Below, piece by piece: positions 25,526 to 37,201 of a stretch of DNA of 60,613 bases. Source of the DNA: Girardia tigrina (Eukaryota); contig MQRK01243983.1 of assembly GCA_001938485.1 (NCBI GenBank), positions 1 to 60,613 on the forward strand, read 5' to 3'. The position numbers were made by a program, and so were the translations under genes. Under the pieces are notes generated by a model. That model did not search any database and was not told where the DNA came from. It worked only from the letters and a program-made list of their open reading frames with translations. Numbering within the stretch: the first letter of the stretch is position 1; each line of letters starts with the position of its first letter.

Positions 25526-27623
25526 GTAAGTTTCTGAGACTATTTTCTTGCGGCAACGAATTTGATTCTCGAGTAGACAAACTAAATATTGCGTTGATTA
25601 CTTTAATGCTTTATAATATAAGTAACTTATCATTTAAAACAAATAATTTAGTTAAATAATTTTAATTACGATAGAAATAATGAAGACTAACAAATGTTGT
25701 CAAAATAAAAAGTTTTAATTTCTTAAATTTTAAATTAAAAAGTATAAAAATGAATTTAATGTTTAAAAATATGAATTTTAAATTAACAAAAAATAAATTT
25801 TATAAATTTCTGGAGGAAACATTTTATCTGGATTACCAACCCCAAATCAAATAAATATTCATCTACATTTTGGTCATTTTTTATTCAAAATTTATTTAAC
25901 TTAATTTTTTTTTTCACGAAAATTTTATTTTAATAATTAATCATATTAAAATTAATTTCATTTATCAAACTTTTTAATTCTATAATGACGTCCATTTGTA
26001 ATTTAAAACTAAATAACAAATATTTTCTAAAAACCTGAATAAAACTGAGAAAAATATTCTGTTTTGTTAAAGGAACATTTGTTGGTGATTCTACATCCTC
26101 CTATTAAGATGGCACTTAGACATTCGTGATCCGATATTTGTACAAAAAAATAATTGGACAGTTAAATTAATAAAAAATAATATTGAATATAAGGAATGAA
26201 TATTGTTTGAAAACAATAATTCTTTATTGAAATTTTTAAGTAGAAAATTTTTACTTTTAACTTTTTTTTGTAAGAATGATTGAAAAGTTTAAGAGAATCT
26301 AATAAATTATTTAAATAAAAAATATTATTTAAAATAAAATATATTTTTTAATTTTACAAACAATTACCTCTGACATATTTCTGAAAACAAAACAGTTGAC
26401 TAAAACTCTTAATCGATTTTCCTCATATTATTAATAAATTGAAGAGAAGGAAATTTTTTCCCCTTTTATATGCTTCAAATAAATTTGTTTTTCCACTTCG
26501 TATTTTCTTCTTTACCTTCATTGCTAGAGGAAAACAACACAATGGTTTAACGAACAATGTGCCTATGAGTCTCCACAGTCAGTCGGGGTACACCATTCCT
26601 TACATCCCATGGTTACGTATACAATTATAAATATTCTCCATCATTATTAGTTTATTTTTGTACATAAAAGAATAGTATAATCAATATTAAAGTATAAGGA
26701 GAATTGAAATACTATTTTATTAAACGAACCAAAAGTATCAATAAGAATTACATGAAAATAAGTTATTAGAATTGTGAGGAATATTTTAAATTTGGTATGT
26801 TGATATTGGTTTGTTGAATTTTGTATGTTGAGTTTAGTATTTGGAAATGTGTTTCTCCCACCAAGATGGAAAATTGATATTTTAGATGTTCACGATGAAT
26901 AATTATTCGAGTATAATTTACATTTTAAAGTACAGCATAAGATATTTAAAAACATTAAAAAATATTAAATCGTTTCAAATTTTCATATTAAAATTTAAAT
27001 AAAATAAATAGTTTTAACTAAGTTTTGAATTAAATAAATGTTCTTTCTTTACACAAAATAATTTTTAAATAAAATCAATATGTAGATAAAATTATTACTA
27101 AAATTACAAAATTTGAACTTTAAAAATAAAATCAGAAAATAATGAAATATTTGTTCGAATAATTGTTTATTAACAAACATTAATAAAAAATTATCAATTT
27201 AGAACGATGTCGAATGACGAGAGTTTTGCTGAGAGTTNTCCAAAAGACAATTCTAATTGTATTGAAAATAAAAGTCGAAAACCCATGTTGGTGTTCTTAA
27301 TAAGAATAAATGTCCTGATTTTATATATTAATGTCTTTTTTTCATTTTATTCTATTACAATTCTACTATCAATAATTAAATTATTTTCAAAACAAAATAT
27401 TTTTTCGTAATATTTAATTTTTATGATATTTTTAATGATAAACTTTTTTTCAAATAGATCTGATAATTTTATGATGAGAATAATCAATATTATGATTTCT
27501 AGAAATTGTGTGTTGATTTGGGTTGTGTGTCTCTCTTACCAAGATAGCTGATTAATACTTTAATTTTTATAATTTCAAAATAATTAAAATTAACATATAA
27601 TATTGGATAAATAATATTATTAA

Positions 27624-27863
27624 CCCATTAACGCTAAACAGGAACTAGAAAGGGTATGATGTAAAATGATGTAGTTTACAAAAACATGTAGTTTAGATTA
27701 TAAATCTCAATCAGTCATATTTAATGCAAAGTAAGGTCATTGACTATTTACTTTGTTTATATAGACGTGATAAAACTTAACAAAGTTCATAAACATTCTT
27801 CTCAAGTCACTGAATGTTTATTTTTTCAAGCGTCCTCAAACAAGGACGGCCGGCGTAAATGAG
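27624..27863. mobile_element. 240-bp piggyBac-type MITE
   Basis: TTAA|CCCATTAACGCT ... GGCGTAAATGAG|TTAA. Confidence 0.6.
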
Positions 27864-28289
27864 TTAAATAAAAAGGATTAAAGAAAATTAAATAAATTAA
27901 CAAAGAATTAAATTATTTAAATTAAATAAAGAAATTAATTAAAGCAAAAAAAGAATTAAATAATTTAAATTTGTATTTTTGAGTTCAATTCAATTTATTT
28001 GAATTATGGTAATTTAGGTGAATATTATTGAAATACATTGTCAGTCATGTGACTCTTTTTTTACAGTTCTTGAGTGTTTTTGGTATCGATGTCGGCAAAA
28101 AAAGAACGAGAACAATAATAACTCAAACAAAGACGCCTTTGTTCGGGTTTCTGAACTGAATTATATTTTTAAACAATGCAATTTTCGTGATTTTTAATAT
28201 GATTTATTTCTTTGAAATATAATTGAGTTACTACAATCGTGATGATTCAGGAATGATTTGGTATATCCCAACCGAAAAGAACTTTTTTC

Positions 28290-28956
28290 AGGACCAGAAG
28301 ATAAACCTCAAAAATGATCGGTAGCAGTGTAAAAGCCCTGATTAGGTATCTACTGCCATGCATGCAAAATTTTTACCATCATTGATTGCTCTCGGTGTTG
28401 TTAGTAGTGAATGTGATGTGATGCCTCCCCATTTTTATTTAAAGTGCCAAAGTCAATGCTGTTGCTTACATCACAGTGTTAGCCACTATTGTAAAGCGTT
28501 GCATTGCTACTGTAGCACGAATCAGGCCATATATTTTTTAACAAGACTCAGCACCATCTCATTCAGTTAGAACAACCCAAGAGTGTATGGATGAGAATTT
28601 TCACTTCTATATCACACCTAGTGTTTGGCCAATCAACTTACCAGATGTCAATCTACTGGATTTTATATGTACGGCGTAGTTAACAGATACTCAAATAGCC
28701 ATTACTTCAACATTGTTTCAGCTCCCATAGCTTCTGTAGTGAATTCAATGGGAATCATACCGAAGACCCATCTTATTGCAGCCTGCAGTCGGTTTCGACA
28801 GAGTATATAAGCTGTTATTGCTGTTGGTGGCGGGTTCATTAAATAATGTTGTCGTTTATATTCACTGTATATTCACATTAATATGTAATAAATGATTTTT
28901 TGTCTATTCAATTTCCCATGGACATCATATTATTCTTAAATAGCTGTCAAACCCTG
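28290..28956 (+). mobile_element. Tc1/mariner maT (DD37D-like) 3' fragment
   Basis: MHAKFLPSLIALGVVSSECDVMPPHF..QDSAPSHS..WPINLPDVNLLDFYMYG..AACSRFRQSI*AVIAVGGGFI; ends ...ACCCTG|TA. Confidence 0.8.
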
Positions 28957-29819
28957 TAAAATGAATGTCGAATAGTTAATAATTTTCATGATAATGAATG
29001 GTCAAAACTCCCTGTAATACTTGATTTCATCGTTTTGTATTCCATTGATACTTGTCATCTGGATTTATAATTTTAAATTCTGACTCTTACAATATTAATA
29101 TCAAATATTAATCAACTATCTGGGTTGAAGAAACACAATCCCAAATTAAAACATAACAATAATGTAAGCATTACATTTTTTTAATAAAATATGCTATTGA
29201 TAACTATTTTAGGTTACCGATTTTAAAATATTTCTTATAAAACGATAAATTTTTTAAACATTAAAATTTAATATATAACTTAATATTGGAAAATTTCTAT
29301 TTTTATGATAAAATTAACATCAAATTAGTCAATACTATTTCCAAAAAATAATTCTAATAATATTAAAAAAATGAAAATTAATTTGCAACAAATTGAAAAA
29401 TATAAAAAAATATTTATTATATATAAAAAAAATTATATAAAAAAAATTAAAAAATATTTAATTATTTATTTTTAAAAGTGAAAAATATATAAATAAATTT
29501 AGTTTTAATATTAAACTTGAAAAAGATAATCAATCAGATTTTCATTCAGTTTTAGCAAAAAGAAATGGAAATTTATCACATGGAAAAAAAGACGACGAAT
29601 TTAATTAAAAAGCGTCCAATGGGAAGAATGTGCATTCCTACTCCCTAAAAATTCTCTGAGATTTCCCTCTTTTTCCTTCCCATCATTTGACGGCGTGTAT
29701 TGGGCTTATCTGAGGCTGGGTTGTCTTGACAATGGTATCGAAACTCTATTTCTTAGATTCTTTCTGATTGAAGCCCATGATTTTATCGATTAAAAACAAA
29801 TTTTCCCAATGTTTTAAAA

Positions 29820-31340
29820 ATGAATTCGAAAGAGTCGCGGGATTTTTCAGTTGATTGTGAGAAGGATGAATTATCAAATGTCGAAATTCGCAGTTCACAC
29901 GAAACTTCATCCATTAAGTTTTTTCCTTGGATCATTCTTTTCTTTTCCACTCTTAATGTTATCTTTCTTGGTGGCAAACGTCGAGCGTTTGGGATATTTG
30001 TTGCTGAGTTACATAATTCTGTGTTTAATACAACTTCTTTAGCCGAGTTGAACTGGATTGGCGATTCTTACGCCGCCCTCGGCTATTTGACGACAACTGT
30101 TTCGACAACATTGATAATATATTTCCAAAGAAATTATCGGATTTTTCAGTTTATTGGAGCGTGTTTTATTTTATTAGCCTGCGTAACGTCTGCCTATGTT
30201 TCAAGTGCTCATTGGCTCTTTTTGACTCATACAGTATTTCATGGGATCGGATCAAGTTTGATCTTAAGTGTGGTGGGACTTGTTGTTGGAGAACATTTTG
30301 ATTTGAATCATAAATATCATATTTTGGCGACAACTTTAGTTTCCGGAGGTTCCGTTGCGTCAATAGTGTTCATTCAATTTTATGCTTATTTAATTGTTAG
30401 ATATGGTTGGCGAAAAGCGTTCATTGTGTTGGGAATTATTTATTTTATTATTAATTGCACAGGAGTCGTTTTTTTCCAGAGAAAATCAACTACAAAATCT
30501 TCGAATAGCCGACTTACGAATCTTTCATCAAAACTGAGACAATTTCTTAATAAAGAAACGTTGATCTTACTGATTTTGTGGACAATGGATCGTATTCTTA
30601 CGAGCATCGTAACGTACGGGATTTTATTGAATCTCGCTGATTATTTGCGTAGACATACGAATAGTCTAACCAACAGCACTCCTTTGATGACTTTATTTGC
30701 GTCTGGAGAAGCGTCAACGTATGTAATAGGAGCAATAGCGAGCGCTGTGACGAAGAAATGGTTCATCTCAAGACTGAAGTATCTCTTACTTATAAGCAGC
30801 ATTTGTATGGTCATGAGTTTGTTTTTATGGGAGGCTTTAGCCGATTATTCATTATGGAGTAAATTTTTAGCATATTTATCTGGATTTTGTTTGGGTCCAT
30901 CAATTACATTTTTATTTCCTGCTGGCGAGGAATTGACGACTTTGCCCGGTGAAGTTGCATATCCATTCTCACTTGCTGGTATGGGAATTGGAATGCTTTT
31001 ATCTCCAATTTTAAGTGCGTTTATTGCACAAAGATTTCAATACAAATGGTTCTTTTTAGTCCAAGGTTGCTTGATGTTTTTAAAATGTTTATGTTTATTA
31101 ACAAGCTGTTTTATTCTTTGTCGTTGGAAGACTTTATTGAAACTTGGCAGAAGTAGTCAGGAAGACAGAGAGTTTTTATTAAATAGTGAAAATGAACAGT
31201 TGACGATGATGAAAAGGGAGAAAAGCTCATTTCAACCTCTACCTATTACCGACGATGGACAATCTTTGGATAATGGTTGGGATCACATTGACTTAATAGA
31301 TGCCCAAGAAGTTTCTCATTGCAACGACGATCGTGTTTGA
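29820..31340 (+). CDS. major facilitator superfamily transporter (monocarboxylate transporter/SLC16-like), intronless, 506 aa
   Basis: Long intact ORF with about 12 hydrophobic segments; MCT-like motifs AFGIFVAEL, ELNWIG, LFLTHTVFHGIGSSL, VGEHF, LIVRYGWRKAFIVLG. Confidence 0.85.
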   Translation: MNSKESRDFSVDCEKDELSNVEIRSSHETSSIKFFPWIILFFSTLNVIFLGGKRRAFGIFVAELHNSVFNTTSLAELNWIGDSYAALGYLTTTVSTTLIIYFQRNYRIFQFIGACFILLACVTSAYVSSAHWLFLTHTVFHGIGSSLILSVVGLVVGEHFDLNHKYHILATTLVSGGSVASIVFIQFYAYLIVRYGWRKAFIVLGIIYFIINCTGVVFFQRKSTTKSSNSRLTNLSSKLRQFLNKETLILLILWTMDRILTSIVTYGILLNLADYLRRHTNSLTNSTPLMTLFASGEASTYVIGAIASAVTKKWFISRLKYLLLISSICMVMSLFLWEALADYSLWSKFLAYLSGFCLGPSITFLFPAGEELTTLPGEVAYPFSLAGMGIGMLLSPILSAFIAQRFQYKWFFLVQGCLMFLKCLCLLTSCFILCRWKTLLKLGRSSQEDREFLLNSENEQLTMMKREKSSFQPLPITDDGQSLDNGWDHIDLIDAQEVSHCNDDRV

Positions 31341-33287
31341 TAATTCTCACAATTTATTCTTTGATTTTTATCATTTCTTTTTCTGATTTATCGTATTCCA
31401 TTTTATTAGATTTTGTAAATAGTCATTTAAAAGATATGTGTGAAAGATTTTTCTAAAATAGAGTTTGTAAAGTAGATATATCTTGTGTTTTTAAAATAGA
31501 AATCGGGAGTCTTTTATGTAAAAATGATAACTTCAGATCTTTATTGTTCATTCCAAATTTTTATCATATTGCTTAAACTTACTGTGTGTTGATTATCTTC
31601 TCTGAGAAAGGATCAATACGTTTATGACTTAATAGTGTCTCGATTTTATTCTTGATATATTTCGTTGACAATTCTTACTTCCACTCTAAACTATAATGGT
31701 TTACTGAAAAAAAACATCGCAGAAAAAACATCACAAAAAACATTTCAAATTAAATTATTAAATTATTTAAACAAACGTCATAGAATTTGTGATTACATTG
31801 TTGGCAGTTAATTTCAACGAAAAAACGGATGATAATATTTAATTGAGTTAATATTTAAATTATTGAATTATCTAAAAATACATCGCAAAAACATCACTAA
31901 ATTAACTCCAGCGTGTTGTGAGTCAATACTCAAGTCGGAACATCATAGAAGTCCTTAGAAGTGTCGCACATTATATATCGTATTTAAAAAATTTGCAATA
32001 ATTTTATGATATGTGAAACAATTTTATTCGAATATATTTTAGAATTTGTGTTGTTTTTTTTAATATTTTTTCAACTATATAAATTTTGAATGTTTTGTTG
32101 TCTTTTAGATAATTTAATTTCGTGGTGTTTTTTCGGGATCCCAAATATAACACTCTCTGATAAAATATAAAATCATCAAAATTTATTTCCCCGGAAACAG
32201 AATATGAGGAGAAAATAATTAATTTATTATTCCATAACAAATTAAAAATTCCGCCTCCAGTTTTGGGAAAATATTCCTGTAAATATCGATTAGCTGAACT
32301 CTGGTTGCATAATTAATGGACTTATTTTATATAAAATTAAATATTATTTATATTTTATAAAATAAATACTTCATTTATTTGACCAGAATTAGTGACATCA
32401 GTAAATATCTAACTATTTATCTAAATAATTTGAAGTAAAGTTTAAATTAATCGGTGTTAGTTTCTCCATTTCATACAGAATTTGTGATTCTTTAACAGAA
32501 ATTTGTAGAAATTAAATAAAATGTTAAGTTGTGAAAGAGAGCTTCTAATTAATGAGTCCACTTCTCAAGGGTCCTTGAAGCGATGTCATAAGTGTCAGAT
32601 ATATTCGCTTTAGGTTGCTTGAAAATTATTTTTACTTCATTCCTCTCGAGCTCTTTGCTTTCAAAGGACGCAGAGAATATTCATTGTCATCATTTGATCC
32701 TCGAGTTAAAACTGAAATGTTAATTAAAAGAAATATTTCGGAAATTATAATAATGTAACGATTATATATTCTGTTTTGGGTATAAATATGCAGAAGAATA
32801 AATGTATTACAAAAGAATTAGAAAAAAGCAATCTTCAAGTGCAAAATTAATTATATATTTAAAAAAGGAAACTAAATTTTAACACCAAATTTTATAACAA
32901 ACAATGATTTTTTAAACAAATTTTTTAGGAACAATGTCACTAGTATGATGATAGGGTACTTAGCTCATTACCCAAGGCAATCTTGGGTATAATCTATAAT
33001 TTTATGAAATTTTGAATAAAAATAGTGAAAATAGGGGAAAATCGATTAATTTTGGAGGATTTTTGAGTAAAAATTTTGTAAATTCTGAAAATTTTGATAA
33101 TAATTGTATAAAAATTGGTCAAAATCGATGAAAATAGAGCAAATCGATGAATTTTGGTATAATTTTGATAAAAACATAAAATTATATGAAAAATTGATGA
33201 ATTTTTAGTAGAGTCGGTAAATTTTGAAAAAGAATTTATAATATTCTATAAAATTTAGCAAATTTAAGTTATTATTATTTCATAACT

Positions 33288-33710
33288 GCTTCAGTATGGC
33301 CAAGTAGTCTATGGCTGCGCACTCTAGTATTGCAGAGGTTAGATCGGCTCCCACCTACGAAAAATATTTCTCTAATATTAAAAAATTACCTAATTCATTT
33401 TGAAATTAAAATATATAACCATAACCTTACCCCTAAGCCTTATTCTAACTCTAACCCTAACCCGAACTCTAGTCCTAAACCTATTTAATATTAATGAGTA
33501 AGGTTCTGTATGGCCGAGTAGTCTAAGGTGTTGCCTTCTTGTTGCACACTGTTTTATGGAAGTTGCTTCTGATCTAACTTATGACAAATATTTTTTTTAT
33601 AATTTAATTATTATCTAATCCATTTTTTATATTAAAATATATAGCCATAACCTTAACCCTAAATGTAATACTAACCCTAACCCTTAATCTATTGGTAACC
33701 TTAATTCTAT
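33288..33710 (+). repeat. two tandem ~214-bp units: tRNA-like head + AT spacer + degenerate (TAACCC)n tail
   Basis: GTATGGCC(A/G)AGTAGTCTA(T/A)GG A-box-like at 33294 and 33508; T-arm-like hairpins; CCATAACCTTA..CTAACCCTAACCC tracts in both units. Confidence 0.65.
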
Positions 33711-35074
33711 TTTATGAACATAATGTTTAATAAAAAAAATCTGTTTAGAAATTGGGAAAAAAAGATAGAAAAGCTAAAAAAATTGCTAGAGAAAAAGAAA
33801 AAAAATATATGAATTTAACTTTAAAAGATCGTTTAGAAGTTGGGCAACGAAGTATACGAGATTTAGAAATCGCTCATGCTAGATTAGATTATTCAGTGAA
33901 TATGACTCAAGGGATAGTAAATGATTTATTTTAATTAAAATGAGAATTAAAATCAACACAAGAAAAAATATATGTTGCTGAAAAAAAATTAGGGTAAAGT
34001 AGTAGTAAAAAGTTCAAGTGGAATATTATAGATCATGTTAAGAAAGAGATGAGAAAAATAAGAAATTCCAAGAAAATAATAATGAATGGACATATTGATA
34101 TATATAATTTTATTTAATTTAAGTTTTATAATTTAAGTATAATAAATTATAACATTAATTTTTTTTACGAAAAAATTAAATCCCAATCTGTTTTTTTTAT
34201 TTAATCATAATTTTGTAATTTCTATTTTACATTAATTTTCTTAACATTTATTCACTTTTACCGAAATTAAATTATTCTAAAAATTAAATTTTTACTTAGA
34301 GAAAACTTTAATAATTATTTCAATCTATTGCAAAATTCATTTTTTACAGAGATCAAATTATTCTAAAAAAATAATTTTTACATATAGAAAACTTCTTTAA
34401 TAGTTCATTCTTATTAAAAAATTCATTTTAATTAGTAAAACATTATTTTAACTTATCTTAACTAAAAAATATGATTTTCAATTTAAAAATTTATAAACTT
34501 TTAAGTTTACAAGAATAATAAATTTTTAATAAATAAATTTACAAGAATACAGCAGTATTGTTTGAACCGTGTACCTTTTGAACTTTCAGCAGCACCCGGG
34601 ACGTTTCAGAGAATACTGAATTAATTATTTGAAGATTTGCTATTCTCTGGGGTAGTTATTTACCTAGATGATGTCTTAATTTACTCAAAATCAATGAAAG
34701 ATCATATAAGATTATTAAAAGAAGTATAGAATAGACTGAAAAAAGTAGGTTTAAAAGTCAATCCAGGGAAATGCAAATTCGGAGTGAGGGAGCTGGTATT
34801 TCTGGGACATACAATTAACAAAGAAGGTATCTCAACAAATAAATTGAAAGTTGCTGAAATTCAAAATTTTCCGATTCCAAAGTTCACTCAAAATTTGCGA
34901 GCATTTTTAGGTCTGTGTAACTAATATCGACGGTTTATCAAGAATTACGCATAATTAGCAGCACTTTTGCACAGTGCATGTAGCGAAAAATGTAAAGAAA
35001 TATTTTAGTCAGACGAGTGCGACAGAAGTTTTAACGAGTTGAAGCAAAAGCTATGTGGTGCACCAATGTGAACC

Positions 35075-35828
35075 TATAAAAATAAAAATCTTCAAAATAC
35101 ATTATAAAAATCTTAATAATAACTGTTCTATTTTAAATCACTTTTAAACATATTTTGCAACAATTTCTAGTAATCTAAAATTATTTAAATGTTGTTATTT
35201 CCATATTATTTATCTAAAACCTAACCGAACCATAGTAACCCTAACCCTAACCCTAACACTAACCCCTAACCCTTCTTGTATCGAGTTGTCATGAATCCAT
35301 AATCTACACCTCGCAGAAACCACTGATGAAGCACTTCCAAATTTATAATGATTTATAATCAATATGTTCAATATAATTTTGGTCAAAAAGGTTAAATATG
35401 AATTTCTGTTACGTGCAACTTTGTAATCTTTGATCAAATGTGGTTTGATCAAAAAGTATTCTAGAATAATTAATTCGTTCTTTTTAATATTTCGTAAACA
35501 TAAACTAAATTAAACAAAAATAAAATTACACAAGAGGCATATAAAACTAAAAGACAATTTTAATGATGATTTTTCGGGTCAACCGTAAACTATTATCCTT
35601 CTCAATTGTCTCAAAATTTCAAAATCCTCTTTTCTTTGTCTGCATTCAAAACACCGAAAACATCTTTCTTTTACTTTGAAAAGTGTTTGAAGAAACAAAA
35701 TTGCGATAAGCGGCAATTTTAATATCAGATTTTTTAATATGTTTAGAAATTTTTTAATTTGATTTGAAATTATTATTTTTTATTTGTAATTGAATATTTA
35801 TTTTATTCGAATATTTATTATATTTATT
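35075..35828 (-). mobile_element. 754-bp TTAGGG-containing insertion with 9-bp target duplication
   Basis: ATGTGAACC at 35066-35074 and 35829-35837; interrupts Gypsy pol; inverted copy at 22628-23367. Confidence 0.8.
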
Positions 35829-35846
35829 ATGTGAACCCGAATAATA

Positions 35847-37201
35847 TTTGGTTGGTCGAAAAATAATGGCGGTTTTTGAGCTTTATACTTTGTTTATCTA
35901 CTTTGATATGTATATAAGTTTAAATGCATTAGTGTTAGATATTATTTGAAATCTTATGNNNNNNNNNNNNNNNNNNNNNNNNNNNNNNNNNNNNNNNNNN
36001 NNNNNNNNATTAGTGTTAGATATTATTTGAAATCTTATGCCTAGCTGTATATTCCTATAGCCATTATTAACATATTGCTGTTATTTTTTAGAATATTTAC
36101 GGTGCTAAATTAATAATGGAACAAATTCAAATTCGAGCAATTTTCTTGTACGAATTTAAACTGGGTCGTAAAGCAGCAGAAACGGCTCGCAATATCAATA
36201 AAGCGTTTGGCAAGGGAACAGCTTCTGAGCACACAGTGCAACGATGGTTCCGAAAATTTTCTGATGGAGATGAAAAATTTGAAAATGAAGAAGGTCGTGG
36301 TCGTCCAGTTGCTGTGAACAACGACAATTTGAGGACAATGGTGAAAACAGATCCCCGTACAACAATCAGAGAACTTGCAGATTGGTTGGGCATTAGTCAT
36401 TCAACAGTCCTGTATCATTTAAAACAACTTGGAAAAATCAAGAAACTTGATAAATGGGTTCCACATGATTTGAATGAAAATCCAAAGAACCGACGCTATG
36501 AAATTTGTTCTGCCAATCATCTTCACAATAAAAACGATCCATTTTTTGATCTTATTGTTACATGTGATGAGAATTGGATCTTGTATGATAACCGATGTCG
36601 ATCTGCACAGTGGTTGGACAAAGATGAAATACCGAAACACTTTCCAAAACCGAAACTAACACCCCGTAAGATTATGGTGACAGTTTGGTGGTGTGATGCT
36701 GGAATCATCCACTATAGTTTCTTAAATCCAGGTGAAACAATCACTGCGGAGAGGTACTGTCATGAAATTGATGAAGTACATAAAAAATTGAAAACCCTTT
36801 GTCCGGGATTGGTCAATCGAAAAAGTCCCATCCTTCTTCATGATAACGCTAGACCTCATATTTCAAAAGTGACTCTTCAAAAGCTTAATGAGTTGGGCTA
36901 TGAAACCCTGTTTCATCCACCATATTCATCAGACCTCTCGCCAACGGACTTCTACTTTTTCAGACATTTGTACAACTTCCTACGTGAAAAAATTTTCAAA
37001 AACCAAAACGATGCTCAAAATGCCTTCCAAGAACTCGTCACTTCGAGAACCGATGCATTTTATGCTGATGTTTGTTTCTCGTTGGCAAAAATATATTGAT
37101 GCCAACGGTTCATACTTTGATTAATAAACTTTTGTTTCTGTGAATTTGCACGTCTTTGAAGTTTGTGTCCCAAAACGGCCATTATTTTTCGACCAAACTA
37201 A
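35847..37201 (+). mobile_element. full-length mariner (cecropia/Hsmar1-like), TA TSD, ~30-bp TIRs
   Basis: TA|TTTGGTTGGTCGAAAAATAATGGCGGTTTT ... AAAACGGCCATTATTTTTCGACCAAACTAA|TA. Confidence 0.95.
36116..37124 (+). pseudogene. mariner D,D34D transposase with a C-terminal frameshift
   Basis: WVPHDL, TCDENW, HDNARPH, HPPYSSDLSPTDF are in ORF 36116-37099; the natural end VSRWQKYIDANGSYFD* is in another frame (stop at 37124). Confidence 0.9.

Noticed and set aside
33288-33590. Functional tRNA genes
   Set aside because: No intact acceptor or anticodon stems and no canonical GTTCRA B-box.
22628-35828. Giant transposon with 740-bp TIRs capturing the MFS gene
   Set aside because: The right copy has its own TSD on both sides and splits a Gypsy pol whose halves lie inside and outside the pair; there is no TSD at the outer ends.
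35928-36039. 31-bp direct repeat inside the mariner 5' UTR
   Set aside because: Identical sequence on both sides of a 50-N gap: an unmerged contig overlap.
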